Source: Chloroflexota bacterium (GTDB lineage Bacteria > Chloroflexota > Chloroflexia > JAMCWQ01). Taken from it: 58,643 nt of DNA. The stretch's first letter is position 1. Each line of letters begins with the position of its first letter. Location: contig JAMCWQ010000017.1 of NCBI GenBank assembly GCA_023480825.1, forward strand, positions 1 through 58,643. Reading direction: 5' to 3'. Under the pieces are notes generated by a model. It did not search any database. It was not told the DNA's origin and was given only the letters and a program-made list of their open reading frames with translations. Positions 1 to 7,978 of the stretch are shown here, in pieces. Made by a program: the position numbers and the translations under genes.

Positions 1-2
1 TC

Positions 3-1811
3 TGGCTACTCACCCGGCCTTCCAGCGGGCGGCGCGACCTGGCGCTTGTCGTGGTCCTTTCGACCTTCGCCATCGGTCCCCTGCTGTATCCAGGTGTGCT
101 CGCCAACAGCGATCAGCCAACGCATCTCTTCTGGCTGAGCGAACTTGATAAATTGTTCGGTCAGGGGGTCTTCTACAGCCGCTGGGCGCCCGACCAGGCT
201 TATGGATGGGGCGGTCCGGCATTCAATTACTATTCCCCTTTGGCATGGTACGTAGCCGAGGCGTTCCACCTCGCCGGTATGGGACTGGTGGAAGCCATGA
301 AGGCGACTTTGGCGATAGGAATCATAGCCGGGATGACGGGGATGTACCTGTTTGCACGGACGCTGGTTGGGAAGTCTGGCGCCATTGTATCCGCAATCAT
401 ATTCGGATACTTCCCCTATTTGGTGGCGGACATCAGCATCCGTGGCGAGTTGGCTGAATCCCTAGCCATCTGCCTAATACCAGCCACCTTATGGTCGTTC
501 CATAAGTTGGTGGCAGAGAAGAAGTCTGTCTTTGCCGCGCCGGCAGCGCTGTTGTCCGGCCTCCTTCTACTCGGGCACAATGTAACGGCTCTCTTCGCCT
601 TTCCGTTTCTGGTGGCCTATCTGGGTTTCATGATTCTCAAAGGATCACCGGCAAACGGCCGGGGCCGCGCCTTACGGACGTCCTTGCAGCAATGCGGTTA
701 TGGAATCCTGGGCCTAGGGCTAGGGGCGGGGATCAGCGCGTTCTACTGGCTACCAGCGATCATGGAAAGGGGCCTCATCTGGGGTGGGCTGCCGCCGAGA
801 GGCAAGGCAAATCCCTGGGGCTTCCAAGCGTATTACATGCCCGGTGAATGGATTTATTCCCTTCACATTGGGGATCTCTACGCTGGTAACGGGCATCACC
901 ATCCCACTGGCATCTATTTCCTAGTCGGGTCGGTAGCGGCGCTCGCCTTGATTGCCGCTTTTCGCAGAGGATGGCTACGAACAGCTTTCCCATTCTTCAC
1001 CCTGTTGTTTCCCGCGCTTGTTTTCCTGCAGACCGAGGGTTCGGCCCCATTCTGGGAATCTGTGCCTCTGGTCGCCTTCATCCAGTACCCCTGGCGATTA
1101 CTGGACCTGGTGGGGATTTGCCTCGCAGTGATCATCGGCGGAGCCTTCTCCCTTCTCGCCAATCGATTGGAGAAGCTGTCTGCCGGTTGGCAGCGCCGGT
1201 TGGGGGTTGCCATGGCGGTTGGAGTTACCTGCCTGATAGTAATCTCCACATCTATGCTTCCCCTACAGCCCCAATGGGACACCAGGGAGATTGATCATGA
1301 TGACAGGGAACACAACCTGGCTGCAGCGGCCGATATGCGGTTGAAGGGGCAATTCTTGCCAATCTCGGTGCAACCGAGTTCCCCCCAGCCCAAGCCTCAG
1401 GGACAACCCGAGCTAAGCGCCAAAGGAGGGCTCACCACCCTATCATCTACGGCTAATGGGTTTGACAACAAGGCCTGGCTGATCGGTCTGCAAAAGCAAA
1501 GCCAGGTTGTCTTCGATGTGCTCTACTTCCCCGGCTGGCAGGTTTATGTCGATGACCAAAGGGTTCCTACTACTGCACAAAAGCAGACAGGTCAGGTGTC
1601 GGCTCCAGTGCCCGCCGGCAAGCACCGGGTAGAACTGCGCTTCGAGGATACTCCCTTGAGACGATGGTCTGACTACCTATCGGCGTTCAGTCTGGTCCCT
1701 CTAGCAGTCTTACTCGTGGTTCCTGTTCGTCGTCGCTTTCGGCTGGCAAGAGGAAGGGCCAGAGCGCGAACCACTGTAGCTGCCGGCGGCCTTCCTGATT
1801 TCTCCGAATAA
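3..1811 (+). CDS. PTPS-related-type (PF10131-like) polytopic membrane protein, putative GT-C-like glycosyltransferase; 5' end cut by the window edge
   Basis: The frame is open from nt 3, with no stop before the GTG at 51 listed in the ORF track. The protein has many hydrophobic segments. Motifs 'FYSRWAPDQAYGWGGPAFNYYSPL' and C-terminal 'YFPGWQVYVDDQRVP...HRVELRFEDTP' are typical of this membrane family. Confidence 0.6.
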   Translation, partial: WLLTRPSSGRRDLALVVVLSTFAIGPLLYPGVLANSDQPTHLFWLSELDKLFGQGVFYSRWAPDQAYGWGGPAFNYYSPLAWYVAEAFHLAGMGLVEAMKATLAIGIIAGMTGMYLFARTLVGKSGAIVSAIIFGYFPYLVADISIRGELAESLAICLIPATLWSFHKLVAEKKSVFAAPAALLSGLLLLGHNVTALFAFPFLVAYLGFMILKGSPANGRGRALRTSLQQCGYGILGLGLGAGISAFYWLPAIMERGLIWGGLPPRGKANPWGFQAYYMPGEWIYSLHIGDLYAGNGHHHPTGIYFLVGSVAALALIAAFRRGWLRTAFPFFTLLFPALVFLQTEGSAPFWESVPLVAFIQYPWRLLDLVGICLAVIIGGAFSLLANRLEKLSAGWQRRLGVAMAVGVTCLIVISTSMLPLQPQWDTREIDHDDREHNLAAAADMRLKGQFLPISVQPSSPQPKPQGQPELSAKGGLTTLSSTANGFDNKAWLIGLQKQSQVVFDVLYFPGWQVYVDDQRVPTTAQKQTGQVSAPVPAGKHRVELRFEDTPLRRWSDYLSAFSLVPLAVLLVVPVRRRFRLARGRARARTTVAAGGLPDFSE

Positions 1812-1837
1812 TCCTGAATGCAATAGTATCCTTCCCT

Positions 1838-3997
1838 CTAGTCTGATACCTCGACACTAGAAACCTGAACAGACAGGGGCCGGACATCATTGCCCTGGCC
1901 CAGAGTCTTTGGTGACTCCGGCGGCTGTACTGCCTGTATTCTCAGTGTGGTGGAGCCTCGATCCACGTGAAACTGATCTGTCGTGAAGTCCTGGGGGTCA
2001 CCAGGTTGCACAGTGAACTCGCCCACAAGCTCATTGCCAGCGAATACCTGAATCCTTCGCTCCTTCTGAAAACTGCAAGCCCGGAATCTTACTGTCGCGC
2101 TCCCGTTCGTGGAGCTCACGATCTCCAATGAAGCCTTGCTGGCCATCCAACGGGCGTACTCCCCCTTCGCAAGCTCTTTGCTGTACCAACCGGTACCCAT
2201 ATTCGCGAATAGGGCTCTTCCTTTCCCGGCCACCTTGTAGGCGATCACCTGAGCATCTTCGTAGTCCGGCGGGCGGCCGAATATCTGGGCCGCAATCTCT
2301 TTGTCCTTGGCAACCTTTTCCGGCTTTTCCGGCCCCTTATGAACAATGACATAGCCGATTCCATAGTAGTCCAGAACGTTCTGCCCCATGCTTCCAAGAT
2401 CAATGCTGTTGATATCCGGGTTCAACTCAAGGGATACAAGCTGCTGTACGGCCGGCGTGTTTTCGATAAAGGGGTAGGGCTGTCCTCTGGAGATGTACCC
2501 TCCGATTATCTTCTTCCCATGCACCGTCTGGTAGAGGAGGTAGCGGGACTGGAGAAAACTGAAGGGCAAATCGAAGACCGCGAAGTCCCCCTTTTCCTGA
2601 GCAATCTGGTAGTAGATGGGCGAAACATCCGGGGACGACGTTGCGTAGGGAACGGCCAGGAACTCGAATCCAATCACCAGTAATGCCAGAATGGGGATGG
2701 CGACGCGGAAGCGGCGGATAACGCTCTGATGTCTCATGGCAAGGTGCTGCATCAGAACCACAAGCCCCCAGGCTGCCATAACCCCCACAGCAAGCATAAC
2801 GATCACGTCAAAACGGGACACCGAGCGCGAGTCTTTCACAAACGGCAGATAGTAGAAGAGGATGTATGGCAGAGGGATGTTGACCTTGAAGGCCGTGAAC
2901 GTCGTGCTACCGGCGAAGTGTAGGAGCGGGCCTAAGGAGAGAACGAAGAACACGGAAGCAACCAGGGCCCAGAACTTGGTCTGACTCCATCGCCGCCTGA
3001 TGCCGATGACGGCCAGAGCCAATGGTACGTACCCCATATTGACCACTTTCTCCAGGATCGAGCCGCCATAGATACTAGTCCATTGCTTGACAAATTGCCC
3101 CCACAGGGGATGAAAGGGGCTGGGAGCCAGAAAGGCCAGCAAATCTGGTGACTGGTTGACAGTCTGCGATGGTGGCTGCACCGCGCTATTCGTGGTTAGC
3201 GCTTCCCGAAGCATCGGAACCAGGAGAGGTGAGACAAGCAACGCCGAGAGAACGACAGCCGGCCCGATGAGAGCCAGGTCCCCGCAGAGCGTCCGCAGCC
3301 TGCTGGACGCGGCGAACGCGCGGTACAGCAGGAGGATGAAAGTAAAGATCAGCAGGTACATCACGTAGTACCAGTCAGCCAGAGCGGTGAGCGCCAAGAA
3401 TACTCCGGCTACCGGTACATAGCGCCACTGCCGCCGATATACCGACCGCAAAGAAGACAAAACGTAGAATGGCAGCCACTGCATGGCCACCAAGTTGAGA
3501 TGTCCCAGTAAATGGGCGAAATGATACGGGCTGTAGGTAAAGATGAATCCGGCAACAAAGGCGGCCAGCCATATGCCCTGTGTTCCCACCTTTTCCGCGA
3601 GATTCTCACCGCCAAACTCCTCGATTAAGTACCTGGACAACAGGTAGGCGCCCCAACCGGAAAGGGAAAACGCCGCGAGTATCGCCACATTGTAGGCCAC
3701 GAAGGCATTGAAAATCAGCTGTAGAGGCAGAGTGATGAAGGCATCAAAGATGGTGAGCGTATCGAAATAGAGACTCACTCCGGTCGGATAGTAGAGAAAA
3801 TCAGTGTGAAAGAGCGTGTTCCCCGGAGTGGACACGACCTCGCGCATCCACCACAGGTTCCAGAGATACTGCCAATTGTCGCCAGGAGGGCCGGGTAGCG
3901 CCGAGCCTATCTGAGTGATGACCGGGTACGTCAACGCCACTGAAAGCAGGGCATATGCGAGTAGTGCGCCTATGTGCTGTAGGTTGCGATTCTTCAT
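1838..3997 (-). CDS. 720-aa polytopic membrane protein, GT-C-like (family unassigned); paralog of 33535..35697
   Basis: The ORF track gives 1838..4192. I trimmed it to the ATG at 3997. From there the product (MKNRNLQHIGALLAYALLSVALTYPV...) is colinear with, and the same length as, the 720-aa paralog. Shared motifs are 'PGPxGDNWQYxWNLWWMR' and 'HTDFLYxPTGxxLYFDTLT'. There are more than 10 hydrophobic helices and a soluble beta-rich C-terminal domain. Confidence 0.75.
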   Translation of the reverse strand: MKNRNLQHIGALLAYALLSVALTYPVITQIGSALPGPPGDNWQYLWNLWWMREVVSTPGNTLFHTDFLYYPTGVSLYFDTLTIFDAFITLPLQLIFNAFVAYNVAILAAFSLSGWGAYLLSRYLIEEFGGENLAEKVGTQGIWLAAFVAGFIFTYSPYHFAHLLGHLNLVAMQWLPFYVLSSLRSVYRRQWRYVPVAGVFLALTALADWYYVMYLLIFTFILLLYRAFAASSRLRTLCGDLALIGPAVVLSALLVSPLLVPMLREALTTNSAVQPPSQTVNQSPDLLAFLAPSPFHPLWGQFVKQWTSIYGGSILEKVVNMGYVPLALAVIGIRRRWSQTKFWALVASVFFVLSLGPLLHFAGSTTFTAFKVNIPLPYILFYYLPFVKDSRSVSRFDVIVMLAVGVMAAWGLVVLMQHLAMRHQSVIRRFRVAIPILALLVIGFEFLAVPYATSSPDVSPIYYQIAQEKGDFAVFDLPFSFLQSRYLLYQTVHGKKIIGGYISRGQPYPFIENTPAVQQLVSLELNPDINSIDLGSMGQNVLDYYGIGYVIVHKGPEKPEKVAKDKEIAAQIFGRPPDYEDAQVIAYKVAGKGRALFANMGTGWYSKELAKGEYARWMASKASLEIVSSTNGSATVRFRACSFQKERRIQVFAGNELVGEFTVQPGDPQDFTTDQFHVDRGSTTLRIQAVQPPESPKTLGQGNDVRPLSVQVSSVEVSD

Positions 3998-4245
3998 CTG
4001 GAACGCGCGTCTGCGAATCTCAGTCTCAAGGACATCCAACTGACCACAGTGGAAGCGCTGCCTGGAACTTCCGGCTGCAGTAACCATAACGAATGGCGGG
4101 ACCTGTGATCTCTGCAGGTTCCCGAAATCCCGCCGGCACAGGGACAAGGACGGCCTGCAAACTCCCACTCCCGCCATTTGCGAGGCCGCCATCTGCAGTT
4201 TCTACCACAACCCGGACCCATATTTCAAATTGGGCGTTTCTGCTA

Positions 4246-4274
4246 TTGACTTCTCAGGCTGACAGTGTTACTAT
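4246..4274 (+). promoter_or_regulatory. sigma70-type promoter (TTGACT-17 nt-TACTAT) driving the M-box leader
   Basis: TTGACT lies at 4246-4251, followed by a 17-nt spacer and TACTAT at 4269-4274. The predicted transcription start near 4281-4283 is just 5' of the riboswitch aptamer. Confidence 0.6.
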
Positions 4275-4287
4275 GCAATTGCAATAA

Positions 4288-4450
4288 GGCACCTCGTTAG
4301 GCGAGGCGTCTGCGCGTGACACAGGCCACTGCTCCGAAACGTCGAGAGACGCCAATGGGTAGGCCAGGTAGGGCCGGATTAAGGCTCTGCACAAGGTGGC
4401 TGGGGCATTTGCCCCTACGCTGCGCAGTGCCAAAGCTCAACTAGGGGGGC
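4288..4450 (+). promoter_or_regulatory. M-box (ykoK leader) Mg2+-sensing riboswitch aptamer
   Basis: The conserved M-box blocks appear in the correct order: 'CCUCGUUAGGCGAGGC', 'GAGAGACGCCAAUGGGUAGGCCAGG', 'UUAAGGC' and 'GCGCAGUGCCAAAGCUCAACUAGGGG'. Compare the B. subtilis mgtE leader: 'CUUCGUUAGGUGAGGC...AAAGACGCUAAUGGGUCAACAG...AUAAGGU...ACAGUGCUAAAGCUCUACGAUUGAAG'. Confidence 0.85.
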
Positions 4451-4491
4451 GGGTTGCAGCACAAGCTGTAACTCATCTAAGTGGACGCGAG

Positions 4492-4522
4492 CCTCCCTGG
4501 AACGACGGGGAGGTTTCTTTTT
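4492..4522 (+). terminator. intrinsic terminator / expression platform of the M-box riboswitch
   Basis: The stem pairs CCUCCC (4492-4497) with GGGAGG (4508-4513), followed by UUUCUUUUU (4514-4522). AGGGGGG at 4443-4449, the 3' side of the aptamer closing helix, can alternatively pair with CCUCCCU at 4492-4498. That gives anti-terminator logic. Confidence 0.65.
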
Positions 4523-4772
4523 GCCCTTTGGCGGCGGCCGGCATTCTTCCGGTCAGACATGCGGCCAGAGTGTAGGAAGGGGGTGATTACATGCAGGCGG
4601 ATCAACCTCCGAGTAGCAGAACACAGAGTGGCTGGCCGAGCGAGTTGCCCGACCAGGTTTGGACTGCGCCCGTGGGCAGGATGCTGCATGACTTTCACTC
4701 GCTGATTCCTATTCCGCGGAAGCCGCATAGCGCGCCGTAGCACGCGGCTTGTTCTCCTTCCACACCTGATCG

Positions 4773-4809
4773 CCACCTTGGAGGCTAGCCTGCAAGGTGG
4801 TTTTTCTTT
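4773..4809 (+). terminator. second intrinsic terminator-like hairpin in the leader, 94 nt upstream of the NRAMP-related CDS
   Basis: An 8-bp stem pairs CCACCUUG (4773-4780) with CAAGGUGG (4793-4800). The loop has an inner GGC/GCC pair. UUUUUCUUU follows at 4801-4809. Confidence 0.6.
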
Positions 4810-4908
4810 GCCCTGCCATCCGGGCAATACACGACCTCTAGTGATCATATCCCTGAAGCGTGCTTCAGTGGAGCGAACGAACAGACTGGATGGCGAGGAG
4901 GTGTGAAG

Positions 4909-6240
4909 ATGGAGAACAAAATCTTGAAAGCGACAGGCGGAGAGACCTGGACCACCCGGGCCCGCACGGTCAAATCTCCGTTCGCTCGCAACATCCTGAC
5001 TTACTTAATGGTGTTTGGTCCCGGCCTCATCGTGATGCAGGCCGATAACGACGCGGGGGCGGTATCCACATACACCCAGGCGGGAGCCCAGTATGGCTTC
5101 CACCTGCTCTGGATACTCCTCCTTCTCTTGCCGGTAACATACTTCGTTCAAGAGATGGTAACCCGTCTGGGCATCGCTACCGGTCGGGGCCATGCAGCCA
5201 TGATCTACCAGCGGTTCGGCAAATGGTGGGGGCACTTCTCACTGTTCGATCTCGAGCTGGTCAACTTTCTGACGCTGGTAACCGAGTTTGCGGCTATTTC
5301 CCTGGCCCTCAGCGGCTTCGGAGTCTCGCCATACATCTCGGTGCCAATCGCAGCAATTGGTCTCATCATAATGGTCATCACCGGCAGCTATTTGCGATGG
5401 GAGAGGGTCGCCATCTTTCTGTGCTTGCTGGACATCGCCTGGCTGGCTTTCGTCATTGTTTTGCGCGGACCTGCAGGAGCGACTTTTGGAGCAGTGTTCG
5501 GTCATGTCGCCGTACCGAGCCTGCCGCCAGGCGGGCTAAGCGGGAACTTGGTCTTCTTGATAATCGCCATCGTAGGAACAACTATCGCGCCATGGCAGCT
5601 TTTCTTCGAGCAGAGCTGTGTGGCGGACAAGCGCCTGCGTTTCTCTGACCTGAAGTTCTCCCGATTGGATACGTTTATCGGCGCCACGATGGCTATACTG
5701 GTAGCCGGATGCATGATGATCGTCGGCAACGTTCTGTTCACCAACAATATTACCTACAGCGACCCGGCACAGATGGCCGAGGCCCTCGTGCCCTTCGCCG
5801 GCGATGCCATGAAGTACGGCATCCTTCTCTTAATGGTAAATGCTGCGGTTCTGGGAACGACGGTGATATCGTTGTCTAGTTCCTGGGCCTACTCCGAAGT
5901 AAAGGGATGGAGTCACAGTCTGCACCGGCCATTTAAAGAGCAAAAGGGTTTCTACAGCTTCTACATCGGTAGCGTGCTCGTGGCCGCTGGGATCGTCCTG
6001 ATTCCCAATCTGCCGCTTCAACTGGTGATCGTGAGCGTACAGGTGCTGGCTGGATTAATGCTCCCGGTGGCGATCATCTTCCTGCAGCTCTTACTTAACG
6101 ACAGAGCGCTGCTGGGAGAGCGGTTTGCGAATAAACCATGGAATAACGTCATCAACTGGACTGTGATCTTCGTTCTGTTTGGCCTTTCGGCAACACTTGC
6201 GGTGCAGGTCCTCCTGCCCGGGGTAATACCGACAACATAA
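4909..6240 (+). CDS. NRAMP/SLC11-related divalent cation transporter with a non-canonical metal site (candidate Mg2+ transporter, NRMT-like)
   Basis: NRAMP signature 'GPGLIVMQADNDAGAVSTYTQAGAQYGF' is present, with DAGA in place of DPGN. In TM6, 'GTTIAPWQLFF' replaces 'GAxxMPHNLYLH'. The protein has about 11-12 TM segments. I prefer the ATG at 4909, 7 nt after GAGGAGG, over the GTG at 4903 in the ORF track. It lies downstream of the M-box. Confidence 0.85.
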   Translation: MENKILKATGGETWTTRARTVKSPFARNILTYLMVFGPGLIVMQADNDAGAVSTYTQAGAQYGFHLLWILLLLLPVTYFVQEMVTRLGIATGRGHAAMIYQRFGKWWGHFSLFDLELVNFLTLVTEFAAISLALSGFGVSPYISVPIAAIGLIIMVITGSYLRWERVAIFLCLLDIAWLAFVIVLRGPAGATFGAVFGHVAVPSLPPGGLSGNLVFLIIAIVGTTIAPWQLFFEQSCVADKRLRFSDLKFSRLDTFIGATMAILVAGCMMIVGNVLFTNNITYSDPAQMAEALVPFAGDAMKYGILLLMVNAAVLGTTVISLSSSWAYSEVKGWSHSLHRPFKEQKGFYSFYIGSVLVAAGIVLIPNLPLQLVIVSVQVLAGLMLPVAIIFLQLLLNDRALLGERFANKPWNNVINWTVIFVLFGLSATLAVQVLLPGVIPTT

Positions 6241-6268
6241 CTATTTCTGTTGAAAGGAGATGAATGAA

Positions 6269-6499
6269 ATGGCAATCGCAATGAATCACGAGGGAAAATG
6301 CCTTTTCGAGGTGGTGCACCCGCTGTTTGATAAGCCGGAGGAGAAGTGCCGGCCCGAGGGACTGCCGCCAATCCATATGTCAAAGGTCGGCAAGTTCTCT
6401 CTGATTGCCCTGCGCGGGTATCTGGTCCTGATGTTCCTGCTGCTTATCTTCCGGTTTTTGACAATGGCGGGCTCGTTTACGCAGCTCGTTGGCCATTGA
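6269..6499 (+). CDS. small (about 76 aa) membrane protein of unknown function lying between the two NRAMP-related genes
   Basis: It sits in the same operon, 20-30 nt after the NRAMP stop. AAGGAG at 6254-6259 suits the in-frame ATG at 6269; the ORF-track start at 6260 has no spacer. There is one C-terminal hydrophobic helix, 'FSLIALRGYLVLMFLLLIFRFL'. I recognise no family. Confidence 0.45.
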   Translation: MAIAMNHEGKCLFEVVHPLFDKPEEKCRPEGLPPIHMSKVGKFSLIALRGYLVLMFLLLIFRFLTMAGSFTQLVGH

Positions 6500-6514
6500 C
6501 TACACCCCCAATAC

Positions 6515-6563
6515 GGGCTGGCTTGCAAGGGGACGGGATTCCCGCTCCGGTGCAAGCCAGCCC
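6515..6563 (+). other. long GC-rich intercistronic hairpin (13-bp perfect outer stem)
   Basis: GGGCUGGCUUGCA (6515-6527) pairs perfectly with UGCAAGCCAGCCC (6551-6563). The 23-nt interior is itself partly self-complementary. No U-tract follows, so it is not a classical terminator. Confidence 0.5.
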
Positions 6564-6676
6564 TAAGCCCAACGCGAGTCCTGGGATGCGACCAGGTAGT
6601 CTTCGTGAATCCAGGCTTGATGTCCTGAACACAGCTACCGTCAACTAGTCTTCTCTATCTGTAAGGGGCTCCAGCC

Positions 6677-7978
6677 TTGGAAGAGCGAATGGTCCGGCTC
6701 CGTCGAAGTTTCAGTCGATTCTTGCGCATTTTGGGGCCCGGCTTGATTACCGGCGCTGCAGACGACGATCCTTCCGGAATTGCCACGTATTCCCAGACTG
6801 GCGCTCAGTTCGGCTACGGCCAGCTCTGGACTGCGCTATTCATGCTTCCTCTCATGACGGCCGTCCAAGAGGCCTGTGCCAGAATCGGAGCCGTCACAGG
6901 CAAAGGCATCGTTGCGGTCTGTAAGCAGCATTATGGCAAGCCAGTAGTCTACGCAGTTGTGCTGCTTGTGGTCGTGGCAAATACCATTAATCTTGGCGCA
7001 GATCTTGGAGCGATGGCGGAAGCCTCACGGCTCATTCTCCCCATCCCCTTCTCGGTTCTGACTATCGTCTTCGCCGGCGTCATTCTCCTTTTGGAGGTCT
7101 TCAGCTCTTATCGGTTCTACGCCCGGATTCTGAAGTGGCTGTCCCTTTCCCTCTTTGCCTACGTTCTAACGGCGTTCATCGTGAATGAGCCGTGGGAGGA
7201 AATCTTACGCGCCACGTTCGTCCCTCAGGTGGAGTTTTCGTTTGCTTTCCTGTTCATCATTACTGGTGTTCTTGGAACAACTATCTCCCCATATATGTTC
7301 TTTTGGGAAGCCTCGGAAGAAGTCGAGGAAGAGAAAGAACGGCACCTGGTCCTCCGCAGCAGCAAACCTAATATCGGGTGGGATTATATCCGTTCTATGA
7401 GGATCGACAATTTCGCGGGGATGCTTGCGTCGGAAGTGGCGACGTGGGCGATCATCGTAGTTACTGCGACAACACTCCACACTCACGGAATCACGAACAT
7501 CAACACTGCTGCAGATGCGGCGAAAGCATTGGAGCCTCTCGTGCAGACCTTTCCCAACTCAGGATTCTTAGCGAAGCTGATATTCTCAATTGGCATAATC
7601 GGGCTGGGGTTGCTGGCGGTCCCCGTCCTGTCCGGCTCGGCGTCGTATGCGGTGTCCGAGGCGGCGAGCTGGGAGGAAGGACTGAATCTTAAGGTGAGCC
7701 GCGCTCACGGATTCTACGGGGTGATCATCGTCGCCACCGTGATAGGGCTCGGGATCAACTTCGTCGGCATAGATCCGGTGAAAGCGCTTGTGTACACCGC
7801 GGTCATAAACGGCGTTGTTGCGGTCCCTCTTATCTTCTTGATTGCGAGGATCGCGAGCAGCCGAGAAATAATGGGAGAGTACAGAAGTGGGTGGCTCTCC
7901 AGCGCAATTGTCTGGTTCACCTTCGTGGTTATGGGAGCGGCCGCAATAGCCACCTTTGCCACCGTGGGACAGGGCTGA
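6677..7978 (+). CDS. second NRAMP/SLC11-related transporter with a non-canonical metal site (DPSG; TM6 Met and His lost)
   Basis: 'GPGLITGAADDDPSGIATYSQTGAQFGY' has DPSG in place of DPGN. In TM6, 'GTTISPYMFFWEAS' replaces the xxMPH motif. The protein is multi-TM. The start is either the TTG at 6677 or the in-frame ATG at 6689. Confidence 0.85.
   Translation: MEERMVRLRRSFSRFLRILGPGLITGAADDDPSGIATYSQTGAQFGYGQLWTALFMLPLMTAVQEACARIGAVTGKGIVAVCKQHYGKPVVYAVVLLVVVANTINLGADLGAMAEASRLILPIPFSVLTIVFAGVILLLEVFSSYRFYARILKWLSLSLFAYVLTAFIVNEPWEEILRATFVPQVEFSFAFLFIITGVLGTTISPYMFFWEASEEVEEEKERHLVLRSSKPNIGWDYIRSMRIDNFAGMLASEVATWAIIVVTATTLHTHGITNINTAADAAKALEPLVQTFPNSGFLAKLIFSIGIIGLGLLAVPVLSGSASYAVSEAASWEEGLNLKVSRAHGFYGVIIVATVIGLGINFVGIDPVKALVYTAVINGVVAVPLIFLIARIASSREIMGEYRSGWLSSAIVWFTFVVMGAAAIATFATVGQG

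Noticed and set aside
3998-4192. Long N-terminal extensions in the ORF track: 1838..4192, 19694..21445, 26076..28124, 30074..32185, 39926..41233, 52007..53077 and 57220..58254.
   Set aside because: - The extensions are Arg/Ser/Cys/Trp-rich, non-hydrophobic sequence typical of out-of-context high-GC reading.
- They overlap the upstream gene by 60-400 nt.
- Internal starts give ATGA/GTGA coupling, a Shine-Dalgarno sequence, colinearity with paralogs, or a promoter just upstream.
4288-4450. I first considered a cobalamin riboswitch, because of 'GCCACUG' at 4323-4329 and 'GCCAGGUAGGGCCGG'. I also considered an SRP/4.5S-like RNA, because of 'CCAGGUAGGGCCGGAUUAAGG'.
   Set aside because: The B12 core ('GGUGxxAAUCC', the B12 box) is absent. 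The SRP domain IV motif ('GGUCCGGAAGGAAGCAGC') is also absent. The full ordered set of M-box blocks is present and explains the same nucleotides.
4523-4772. A possible yybP-ykoY Mn2+ riboswitch, or a second M-box, upstream of the NRAMP gene, suggested by 'CCUCCGAGUAGCAG'.
   Set aside because: Only a partial resemblance to 'GGGGAGUAGC' exists. The 'GAGAGACC'/'UUGACAUA'-type 3' half is missing, and so are the M-box signature blocks. I kept the segment as an unknown leader rather than naming it.
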